41,975 nucleotides of DNA from Armatimonadota bacterium (GTDB lineage Bacteria > Armatimonadota > Zipacnadia > Zipacnadales > UBA11051): the NCBI GenBank assembly GCA_046483205.1, contig JAWODS010000345.1, positions 1 through 41,975 on the forward strand, written 5' to 3'. Below, one piece after another: positions 1 through 8,427 of this stretch. Under the pieces are notes generated by a model. That model was not told where the DNA came from, did not search any database, and worked only from the letters and a program-made list of their open reading frames with translations. Numbering within the stretch: the stretch's first letter is position 1; the number at the start of each line of letters is the position of its first letter. The position numbers and the translations under genes are program-made.

Positions 1-10
1 GGACGGTGTA

Positions 11-2644
11 CTACGGGGCGGTGCTGCCGGAGGCCGGGACGGCGCTGCTGGAGCTGCTGGGCCCCGGCAGCTCAATCTTCACATCCGCTCTGTCGCAGTT
101 GAAGTAGTATCTGCCGTTCTCGTACACCAGCTCCCAGATGCCGTTGTGCAGCCACACGCGCACAATTTCGCGCCCGTTGAGCGAAACCACCGTCGGCGTT
201 GAGGCGGTCCGGGCCTTCGTGCTGATCGGCGTATCACCCATCTGCTCGAGGCGGTACACTGTCTTTTCAGCATTGGAGTGATGGTGCTTCATGGCCTGTC
301 CGGTGTTTTCGGCCACCGTCACTATCTTGATCATCCAGTGGGCTGAATCTTCCAGACCTCTGCCGTCGAAGCTCGTCCACACCACGGTCCCGGTGTCGCT
401 GTTTGTGTCGATGTCCAGTGTTTCAGTGGCCGCGGCCGGGCTACTGAGGTTTCCGGCGATGGCCTGGAAATGGGGAGTCTGCACGGTGAGTACACCATCA
501 TCTATATCGCGCTCGATCTGGCGCGTGTCGGACCGATAATGGTTTTGATCCACGAAGTCGTGCGACACGGGAGCGTCATAAATCTGGTTTAGTGCATCGA
601 GCGCACACCGCAGCTTCTGATGGGCCGTCAGTCTGCGGAAGACGTAATTGTCGCGCCGCGTATCCCGGAAGCCCACACAGCTCTCCGCGTCGCGGCTGGA
701 GCCGATAGGCCGGTAATCCTGGGCCTTCACATCGGCCACCAGAAACGCCGGATCGGTGAGGAAACGGACGGTCTGGCCCGACGCATACATGGTGCCACCG
801 AAGGTGTAGTAGCCGTAATCGCCTGGAATCGTCGCCACCTGGTATCCTGCCTTGTCCTCGAGGCTTTGATCACGCTTGTGGTCGTGGAGATCCTCAGTCG
901 GCCAGTTGCTGCAGAGAATCGCCCGCGTGCGGTCATAGACACCGCTGGCGGAGCGCCCCGAGGCCATGAGGAGATCCGGCTTTTGCTTTGGGACCTCTTC
1001 ATCGAAAAACAGCGTGTAAAACCGCGATACCCAGCCGAGCTTGTACGCCTCCGTCGGCATCGGCTGCCAGGTCGGGTAGAAACTGTCCACGCGGGAGAAT
1101 GCCATCGCCGTGCTGTGGTTTGCGGCGCGCACGTCCCGCTGCAGGTACATTTTCGCACAAAGCGCCTGCAGCCCCCACCGGACGGGATCGGTACTCACAT
1201 CGAAGAATTCAAGGCGCCGCTTGCTTTCGATGAGGTCATAGGTGAACAGGATGACGGCATCAAGGTCCTGCAGGGTGCTGTAGGCCGCGGCTTCGATCAT
1301 CCCCACCGCCCGGTGTTGATTCGGCCAGCACACGTTCCATTCGCGCACAACCGACGGCACCCCCCATATCCTGCTCACCAGCATCCTCGGCACGAATGTC
1401 TCGGTGCGGGGGTCTGAAATCGGGTTGCGATTTTCGTGGAAGGCCGGCAGGTGCCATTCGTTGCCCCTCCGCCACAGGGGGTGGTCGTAGTAGAAGTTTG
1501 TGCCCATGAAGTCGAGATTTTCCGCGACCGTGCGCATGTCCGCAACATGGTTGAAATCCAGCACGGCCGTAATGGGTACCTTTACGCCCCGGCGCCGCAG
1601 ATACGTCTTCATCCGCCGGAGGTACTCGCTGTGTACGTGGTCAATGAAGAGGCGGCGGTCGGCAGCCCGGCCGCGCTGCAGGCGGGGGCTTTCACCTTCG
1701 GCAGATGCAAATCGTCCCGGATACCGGGCCTCGGGGAATAGCCAGACGGTCCCCTCTTCGAGATTCTCGTCCTCCAAAAGACCCGTGTTACCCTCAAAAT
1801 CAGTCCATCCTTCCGCGAGATTCAGCGTGTTGCCGTACCGCTCCCGCAGCCACTCATTGAACCGGCGCCGCAGATCCGAGGCGTACGGCTCCACCAGGTC
1901 CCCCCACCTGCTTCTGGAGAAGTACAGGCCGTTTTCGTCACAGATTTCTATCATGCACACCGTGGGATCTTCGGCGTAGCTCAACCCGGTGTAGGGGTTC
2001 GTATGCTCGATGAGCAGGTGGCGGGCGTACTGCTGCTGCAGCTCGATGAGGTGGTTGTCGAACACCGCATAGGGCTTGGCACCACGACCGAGCTTTTCGG
2101 CGCTGGCAACACGTTCTTCCTCAAAAAACGTCCTGAAATCCAGCAGGTCCAGATAGACGTAGATCCCGGCCTGCTTGAGGCGGTAAATCCAGTAGTCCAC
2201 GCGGTCGAGCTTTTCGGGATCAATGCGGTCGGGGTTGGCGGCCCGTTCCGGTGGAAGCAGCCCGCCTGTACCGTCAATATGATGAATGCGCACGAGGTTG
2301 AAGCCAGCCCGGGAAATTGCCCGCACCGCCTCATCAATGCGTTCATTGGACTGGAAGACTGAATCCTTGGCGACATTGATTCCCCAGAACCGTGCGCGGG
2401 AGCCGTCCTCAAAATAGAAATGCCCGTCGGTACCCGCAAACACAAAACCATGCTCATCCGCCTGCGCCCGATGGAGGTATGAAAAATCGAGGATGCTGGC
2501 ATCAATGAACTCTTCGGTGTTGTAGTTGACGCGCCCGAGGTAATCCACAAACACTGGGGACTGCCGCGATTGGTCGGGAGCGGCTGTGGCATAGCAGATA
2601 CAGAGTGTGAGGAAGGCGACGATGATGAGAAGATTCAAACGCAT
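11..2644 (-). CDS. Secreted clan GH-A (GH5-like) glycoside hydrolase
   Basis: Signal peptide MRLNLLIIVAFLTLCICYATA; motifs RFWGIN, GFNLVRIHHID, GIYVYLDL, HTNPYTGLSYAEDP, EICDENG (acid/base) and VREWN (nucleophile). Start set at ATG 2644, overlapping the upstream stop (TGATG); the track starts at 2659. Confidence 0.7.
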   Translation of the reverse strand: MRLNLLIIVAFLTLCICYATAAPDQSRQSPVFVDYLGRVNYNTEEFIDASILDFSYLHRAQADEHGFVFAGTDGHFYFEDGSRARFWGINVAKDSVFQSNERIDEAVRAISRAGFNLVRIHHIDGTGGLLPPERAANPDRIDPEKLDRVDYWIYRLKQAGIYVYLDLLDFRTFFEEERVASAEKLGRGAKPYAVFDNHLIELQQQYARHLLIEHTNPYTGLSYAEDPTVCMIEICDENGLYFSRSRWGDLVEPYASDLRRRFNEWLRERYGNTLNLAEGWTDFEGNTGLLEDENLEEGTVWLFPEARYPGRFASAEGESPRLQRGRAADRRLFIDHVHSEYLRRMKTYLRRRGVKVPITAVLDFNHVADMRTVAENLDFMGTNFYYDHPLWRRGNEWHLPAFHENRNPISDPRTETFVPRMLVSRIWGVPSVVREWNVCWPNQHRAVGMIEAAAYSTLQDLDAVILFTYDLIESKRRLEFFDVSTDPVRWGLQALCAKMYLQRDVRAANHSTAMAFSRVDSFYPTWQPMPTEAYKLGWVSRFYTLFFDEEVPKQKPDLLMASGRSASGVYDRTRAILCSNWPTEDLHDHKRDQSLEDKAGYQVATIPGDYGYYTFGGTMYASGQTVRFLTDPAFLVADVKAQDYRPIGSSRDAESCVGFRDTRRDNYVFRRLTAHQKLRCALDALNQIYDAPVSHDFVDQNHYRSDTRQIERDIDDGVLTVQTPHFQAIAGNLSSPAAATETLDIDTNSDTGTVVWTSFDGRGLEDSAHWMIKIVTVAENTGQAMKHHHSNAEKTVYRLEQMGDTPISTKARTASTPTVVSLNGREIVRVWLHNGIWELVYENGRYYFNCDRADVKIELPGPSSSSSAVPASGSTAP

Positions 2645-4605
2645 CACAGCGGCGACCACTCCATCACGTCACCCGTGCGGGCAACCTCCGGGCGGAATGC
2701 GTGATGTGACGTGAGTGCCGAGACTGTGTCCATCCGGTATCCCTCCTGCTGCAGCAGTGCCAGCAGGTGTGGCAGCACCTCCGGAGTTTCATCATAGCCG
2801 TTGTGCAAAAGTATGATGCCCTGGCGGCCGATTTTGCGCACCATGTCGTGAGCGGTCTGTCGGGGATCGGCGCCGGGGTAGTTGCCGATATTTTCGTTCC
2901 AGAAGACGGTGCTGAAGCCCGTCGCCCGGGCTGCCTGCCGGACAGTGTGATTGTAATGCCCGCCGGGTGGCCGGAAGAGTGTCACAAACTCCCCGCACGC
3001 ACGCCGGATGACCTGCCGCGTCATCACCAGCTCCCGCTCCACTTCAAGCTGGCTCAGTGCTGTCAGGTCGCGGTGGCTGTAGGAATGATTCGCCAGCTCG
3101 TGGCCGCGATCGGCGATTTCGCACACCAGCTCCGGATATGTCTCGGCCTGCTTGCCGACCACGGTGAAGGTGGCCCTCGCATCATACTTATCCAGAAGAT
3201 CCAGTATGATCGGGGTCAATACCGGATGCGGGCCGTCATCGAAGGTCAGTGCCACCTTTTTGGCCCCGGAGGGCAGCCGGTGGATTTCATTTCTTCCACC
3301 ATTGAGCAATCCCATCTCGAAATATCCCAGCAGCAGATCCACCCGCAGGCCGGGCATTGATGGATTGTACGAAAACGCGTATTCGAACGCATCCACGGCC
3401 TCTGCGTCCCGGTCAGCCTGTCGGAGGATATGGCCGCAAAGCTGCGCCCGCTGCAGGGGATCGACATGAAGCACAAGCAGGCTCTGCAGGATGGTGTCCA
3501 GGTCCGCCCGCCGCTTGATTTCCCGCGGACTGAGGGTCCGGTCGCCATTAGCCACGGTTATCAGCCTCTGGCACCGTCCCACGATCTCGCCGTCTTTTCC
3601 GTACGCCTCACACCGGAGCTGCCGCACGCCGTCGGGAGCCAGTCGCGTATCCACGTAGATGCGAAATGGCCGGGCATTGCTGACGCCACAGAAACGGTCA
3701 TCGAGAAGGAGTGCAATATAATCCACATCGAGCGCGGTGTCAGACTGAACGCCGACCTCAATCGCCCCCCGGACGCGGTCGCCCTGTGCGGGATAGGTGA
3801 TGGTGAGACCAGAGTCATCCGGCTCCGGCGTGGGCGCCACCGTTTCCGGCTCGGCTGTCGCCGCCGCGGGGGCTGAAATACCCAGCGGCTCGAGCGACGC
3901 CAGGCGGATGGCCGGGTTGAGCTGATGATCCGCGTAGTACGCAGCCTGTCGGCTGAACAGCGGAGACTGCACCGTGAGCGCGGGGCTGATAGTCGTACCG
4001 TTCGTCACGGGTGCGGCAAGGATTTCAAGGGCCTCTTCATTGCGTTCGTACACAAAACACACCGCACTCAACACCTGCCGGGCGAGCTCGCAATTCGGGT
4101 CCTGCGCAACTGCATTCTTCGCGTCCATCTCCGCCGACCGGTAAAACCCTAAGATGCAGGCATTGTACGCGACGCTGGCGCGGATTTGCGCCCGATAACT
4201 GACATCATAGGCCAGAGCGTGACCGTACGCCTCCATTGATTTCTGATACTCACCGGCAAGGTAGCGAACCGCGCCGCGTCCCACCAGCGCCCCCGTGCAG
4301 TGCGGATCGAGCACCAGGGCGCGAGTGAATGAGTCCCTGGCGGCCTCGTGATCGCCCATGAAAAGCTGCGCCGCCCCCTGTCCGGCCACCGCCACCGCAC
4401 AGCGGGCATCCTGTTCGGCGGCCCTGGTGAAGGCTCGTTCGGCCTGCACGTACTTGCCGGCAGACAGCAGCACTCCGCCCTCGTCAAGCAAATCGGCCTG
4501 CAGGGGAAGTGCGAGCAGGCCTGTGACAATAAGACACGCGAGGAAAATCCACCCCGCGGATGCTGTGTTGTGAGCGAAAGATTTATGCATTATCTCAATC
4601 TTCAC
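2644..4605 (-). CDS. TPR + Ig-like + polysaccharide deacetylase (CE4/NodB) protein
   Basis: Signal peptide, N-terminal TPR-like helices, Ig-like segment (ITYPAQGDRVRG...VDTRLAPDG), CE4 motifs TFDDGP, HSYSH, RPPGG and LLH. Confidence 0.85.
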   Translation of the reverse strand: MKIEIMHKSFAHNTASAGWIFLACLIVTGLLALPLQADLLDEGGVLLSAGKYVQAERAFTRAAEQDARCAVAVAGQGAAQLFMGDHEAARDSFTRALVLDPHCTGALVGRGAVRYLAGEYQKSMEAYGHALAYDVSYRAQIRASVAYNACILGFYRSAEMDAKNAVAQDPNCELARQVLSAVCFVYERNEEALEILAAPVTNGTTISPALTVQSPLFSRQAAYYADHQLNPAIRLASLEPLGISAPAAATAEPETVAPTPEPDDSGLTITYPAQGDRVRGAIEVGVQSDTALDVDYIALLLDDRFCGVSNARPFRIYVDTRLAPDGVRQLRCEAYGKDGEIVGRCQRLITVANGDRTLSPREIKRRADLDTILQSLLVLHVDPLQRAQLCGHILRQADRDAEAVDAFEYAFSYNPSMPGLRVDLLLGYFEMGLLNGGRNEIHRLPSGAKKVALTFDDGPHPVLTPIILDLLDKYDARATFTVVGKQAETYPELVCEIADRGHELANHSYSHRDLTALSQLEVERELVMTRQVIRRACGEFVTLFRPPGGHYNHTVRQAARATGFSTVFWNENIGNYPGADPRQTAHDMVRKIGRQGIILLHNGYDETPEVLPHLLALLQQEGYRMDTVSALTSHHAFRPEVARTGDVMEWSPL

Positions 4606-5387
4606 AGCGGATATTGAATGTGAACATCGCCGGAGCTGAATATCATGATCCTGTCTCCGACTTCGACCAGAAGATATCCGTGATCATCAACGCCCTGCAC
4701 CCGGCCTGAGATCCGTTCGCCTGCCCTGTCCACTATGACCTGTTGGCCGCGTGTAATTTCCAGTGAGCGGTACACTTCGAGCAGTTTATCTCCAGCCAGC
4801 TTTCCGCCGGGCCCATAATATTTCTCAATCTGCTGCAGCAGTCCGGACAGGACGTCTTCTCTTTGTAACGCAGCGCCGGTGGCATCCTGCACCGTCGTGG
4901 CAGGTTGAATGAGATCTTCGGGCAGGCTGGCGGCCTGGCCGAGCAGGTTGATGCCGACCCCGAGGACGACATACGGCGCCTCCAGGTTCGCTTCCGCCAG
5001 CACTCCCCCGACCTTCCGGTCACCGGCCATGATGTCATTGGGCCATTTCGTCTGAAAGGCGTGGGCGGTGAGCTCCGCCAGCGCCCGGGCCGCCGCGACC
5101 GCTGGCAGCAGTGACAGCAGCCCGGCGTCTGCGGCGTCAATTTGCGGGCGTAATATCAGCGAAACGAGCAGATCCGCTCCCGGGCGGTCAATCCACTCCC
5201 GTCCCTGCCGCCCGCGCCCGGCCGTTTGATGGTCCGCGACCAGGACAGTGCCCTCGGGTGCGCCATCTTGCGCACGCTGCAGGAGGGTCGAATTCGTCGA
5301 TTCCACCTCGGTGGCGTTTTCTATGGACCAGTCAATGGCCGACCCGTGCATGGCAGCCTCGACTTTCGCGATGTCAGGCACCTTCAT
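4602..5387 (-). CDS. birA: Biotin--[acetyl-CoA carboxylase] ligase, no N-terminal HTH
   Basis: STNS, QTAGRGRQGR, KWPND, KVGGVL and GVGIN motifs. Confidence 0.95.
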   Translation of the reverse strand: MKVPDIAKVEAAMHGSAIDWSIENATEVESTNSTLLQRAQDGAPEGTVLVADHQTAGRGRQGREWIDRPGADLLVSLILRPQIDAADAGLLSLLPAVAAARALAELTAHAFQTKWPNDIMAGDRKVGGVLAEANLEAPYVVLGVGINLLGQAASLPEDLIQPATTVQDATGAALQREDVLSGLLQQIEKYYGPGGKLAGDKLLEVYRSLEITRGQQVIVDRAGERISGRVQGVDDHGYLLVEVGDRIMIFSSGDVHIQYPL

Positions 5388-5976
5388 CGATTTCGATCAT
5401 GGCCTCTTCCACGAGCTCACACAGAATGTGCCCAATCGCCAGGTGCGCTTCCTGTATTTTTGGTGTATTGAACTCGGGCACCCGGATGCACCAGTCGGCT
5501 TCATCTTTCAGCGCCCCGCCTTCGGAGCCCGTAAGGCCGATGGTTTTTATGCCCTGGCTTTTAGCCTGCTGCACGGCGCGAAGGATATTCGGGGAGTTGC
5601 CCGAGGTTGACATCACCACAAGCACGTCCCCTGCTTCCAGCAAGCCCTGGACCTGGCGGGCGAAAATCTGTTCATATCCGAAATCGTTTCCAACGGCGGT
5701 CAGGATGGACGTATCAGTCGTCAGCGCCACGGAGCGATATGCCCGGCGGTCCTGCAGGTACCGGCCCACGAGCTCTCCTGCAAGGTGTTGCGCCTGTGCG
5801 GCACTGCCACCGTTGCCCGCAAAGGCGACCGTGCCACCGGCGCGAAGACAGGCCGTCAAAACACGCACGGCGGCCGCGATATCTTTCGGGATCTTTTTCG
5901 CGCAGTTGTTCATGACCTCGGCGCTGTATTCAAAGGAATCCACGATGCGCTCGACAGGGTCCGTTTGGTCCGCCAT
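5374..5976 (-). CDS. gmhA: Phosphoheptose isomerase (SIS domain)
   Basis: GNGGSAAQAQH, NDFGY..F.RQ, STSGNSPN and IQEAH motifs. Confidence 0.93.
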   Translation of the reverse strand: MADQTDPVERIVDSFEYSAEVMNNCAKKIPKDIAAAVRVLTACLRAGGTVAFAGNGGSAAQAQHLAGELVGRYLQDRRAYRSVALTTDTSILTAVGNDFGYEQIFARQVQGLLEAGDVLVVMSTSGNSPNILRAVQQAKSQGIKTIGLTGSEGGALKDEADWCIRVPEFNTPKIQEAHLAIGHILCELVEEAMIEIDEGA

Positions 5977-5990
5977 AGAAGCCTCCCGGG

Positions 5991-6767
5991 TCAGTAGTTC
6001 TGATGATCGGTGAGATCGGCAAACATCTGCGTCACCCAGTAGTCTCCCTCTTCGTTAATTGCAATGCCGATGGCGACGTGCGTGACCTCTTCGCGCAGAA
6101 TATTCTCTCTGTGTCCCGGGCTTTCCAGCAGGTCAGCCTGGCTTTCGGCGATATGGGCAAGGCTGAGCGAAATACCCTGCCCGGAGCGCCACCGTCGGGC
6201 GAGATTTTCGGCGATGCACCGGGGCTGAAATCCAAACACAGAGCCGAACCGGTCACCCACTGTCTTTCTCTCCTCATTGGGCGATGTATGCGAGAAATAG
6301 CCCTCGTCGCGCATCTCACGGCTGTGACCGCGCGCAGGAGAGACCATCTTCGGCAGCGGATACAGCGGCGTCATTCCCTTGGTCGCACGCATGTCGTTGA
6401 GAAGCAGCGTCATGTAGGCCTCACACTGGGTGATGAGCTGTCGGCCGAGTGGTGAGCTGCCGGGACCGCTGATGGTTCCCTCCATGGTGTCAGCCATCCG
6501 CTGAAGCCGCAGATACTGCTGCAAGGCGGCGGCGTCCATGTCCATCATCTGGTACGCGACGGCCAGCCGGGAATGTGCCGCCGGCCAGTCGGGAGAGGTC
6601 TGCAGCGCCGCTTTGAGATCATCAATCGCCGCCGCCGGCTGCCCGCGTTCGATGGCATTTTGCGCGTCACTGACCAGCTCGCGTGCCCGATCGGTCTGTG
6701 CGTGGGCAGAAATACACACGACCATGGCGATGACAGCACAAATTATGATAAAGCGTGTGCGCATCAT
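5991..6767 (-). CDS. Secreted TPR + CAP (SCP-like) domain protein
   Basis: Signal peptide from MMRTRFII (start 6767, ATGA overlap with the upstream stop; the track start 6974 lies inside the activase); CAP motifs HSREM..YFSH, AENLA, SPGHRENIL and WVTQMF. Confidence 0.85.
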   Translation of the reverse strand: MMRTRFIIICAVIAMVVCISAHAQTDRARELVSDAQNAIERGQPAAAIDDLKAALQTSPDWPAAHSRLAVAYQMMDMDAAALQQYLRLQRMADTMEGTISGPGSSPLGRQLITQCEAYMTLLLNDMRATKGMTPLYPLPKMVSPARGHSREMRDEGYFSHTSPNEERKTVGDRFGSVFGFQPRCIAENLARRWRSGQGISLSLAHIAESQADLLESPGHRENILREEVTHVAIGIAINEEGDYWVTQMFADLTDHQNY

Positions 6768-7552
6768 TTCTGAGCTTTTTCTCCCGCAAGGACTGCTGCA
6801 CCAAGAGCGCCGACAAGCTGCGGCACATCCGGGACGACCACCCGCGTCCCCAGGTGCCGCTGCAGGGCTTCCCGGACTCCTCTGTTGCGGGCGACACCGC
6901 CACACAGCACCAGCGGCGGCTCGATATCCAGGCGGTTTGCCATGGCGACAATGCGGCGCGCTACGGCGTCGCACAACCCCGCTGCTATATCGGATAGAGC
7001 CCGCCCTTCTGCCAGCAATCCAACGACCTCTGATTCGGCGAAAACCGTGCAGGTGCTGCTCAGTTCAGCGGGGCTGTCGGAACTGACGGCCAGGTCGCCG
7101 AAATCAGCCAGGTCAATCTCCATTGCGTCGGCCATGATCTCAAAGAACCGTCCCGTCCCCGCCGCACAGCGGTCATTCATCTGAAAGTCCAGTGCGTTGC
7201 CCCGGTCATCAACACGAATGACCTTCGCATCCTGCCCGCCGATGTCTATGACGGTTTTCGTCCCGGGCTCGATGTGCCACGCTCCGCGGGCGTGACAGGA
7301 GATCTCCGTAATGCGCCAGTCAACGCCTTCGATGGCCACCCGGCCATAGCCGGTACCCACCGAGGCGTGGATATCGTCCGCACAGATGCCCGCCGCGTCG
7401 AGCGCCCCGGACAGGACACGAAGACCGGAACGCGACGGGTCGTGGCCGGTCGGCATGAGGTGGCTGCCGATGACCCGGCGTGTCTCGTACTCCATAATCA
7501 CGGCTTTAGCTGTCAGTGACCCAACATCTATGCCTGCAGTTACCACCTGCAT
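6764..7552 (-). CDS. CoA-substrate-specific enzyme activase (HgdC/BcrA-D-type ASKHA ATPase, [4Fe-4S])
   Basis: GIDVGS, TGYGR, EISCHARG, IDIGGQD, MNDRCAAGTG and STCTVFAESE; AAGGAG RBS upstream. Confidence 0.92.
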   Translation of the reverse strand: MQVVTAGIDVGSLTAKAVIMEYETRRVIGSHLMPTGHDPSRSGLRVLSGALDAAGICADDIHASVGTGYGRVAIEGVDWRITEISCHARGAWHIEPGTKTVIDIGGQDAKVIRVDDRGNALDFQMNDRCAAGTGRFFEIMADAMEIDLADFGDLAVSSDSPAELSSTCTVFAESEVVGLLAEGRALSDIAAGLCDAVARRIVAMANRLDIEPPLVLCGGVARNRGVREALQRHLGTRVVVPDVPQLVGALGAAVLAGEKAQK

Positions 7553-7695
7553 ATCTCCTTTGAACGCTCCTTTTCATCATACCGCATAACAGGCGTTCTG
7601 GCTACCCCGGTTGTGCGGTGCAGGATTAGGCGGGGTATCACGCGAAATGAGATGCAGCATTTGAACAACCGCCTGAAATTGAATGAGGGGATGTC

Positions 7696-8343
7696 ATGAG
7701 CAACAGCAGCCGGCCACCGGGGGTCGTGGAAACGTGTCACCGGTGCGGTCAACCGCTGCCCGAGAACGTCCGGTTTTGCCCGAACTGCGGGGCCCCGGTG
7801 CAGCAGGCCCTGCAGAAATCGGACCAGAAAATGAGTCCTCAGCCACCGGGCGTACCGACGCCGCCAAAGCCGTCGGTGACCGCCTCCCCATCACCCCGGC
7901 AGTTCGTGAATGTCAGCTTCTGGCCGCGAGTGCTGGCCACACTCATAGACGGTTTCGTCGTGCTCTTTCTGCAGCTTCCGATCCTTTTTGTTCTCGTCGC
8001 GATGGGTGTCATCGGTACGAGTGCAGGCTTTGATCTGCAGGCAGAGGAAACCCAGCGGCTGCTGAACCTCATGTCAATCCCCATGAGTATTGTCCAGATT
8101 GCATATTTCACCATCATGAACGGTACCTGGGGCGCAACGCTGGGGAAAATGGCGCTCGGCATGCGGATTGTCCGGGCCGACGGCAGCCCTATCTCGTACG
8201 GAATCGCCCTGGGCCGGATTATTATCAAGCTGATCCTGGCACAGTGTACATGCAGTCTGATGTACCTCTCGGTGGCCATCAACACCGAACACCGCGGCTG
8301 GCACGACCAGATCATCGGCACCAGAGTTATCTACGATCAGTGA
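7696..8343 (+). CDS. Zinc-ribbon + RDD family membrane protein
   Basis: CHRC..CPNC zinc ribbon, Pro-rich linker, RDD motifs FWPRVLATLID, GATLGKMALGMRIV and RGWHD. Confidence 0.9.
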   Translation: MSNSSRPPGVVETCHRCGQPLPENVRFCPNCGAPVQQALQKSDQKMSPQPPGVPTPPKPSVTASPSPRQFVNVSFWPRVLATLIDGFVVLFLQLPILFVLVAMGVIGTSAGFDLQAEETQRLLNLMSIPMSIVQIAYFTIMNGTWGATLGKMALGMRIVRADGSPISYGIALGRIIIKLILAQCTCSLMYLSVAINTEHRGWHDQIIGTRVIYDQ

Positions 8344-8427
8344 CGAGACGAAAGCGAAAGTCGCGTTCTCTCAGAACATCAGGGCCGTGATGAATACCTA
8401 CCGATGGCAGGACAGGGTGTGAAGTGC

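Noticed and set aside
4602-5387. BirA as the modifying enzyme for the carrier protein at 16329
   Set aside because: That domain has the lipoyl-type DK motif, not the biotinyl MKM motif.
6768-6974. N-terminal extension of the CAP ORF in the track
   Set aside because: Overlaps the activase in another frame; the signal peptide begins at 6767.
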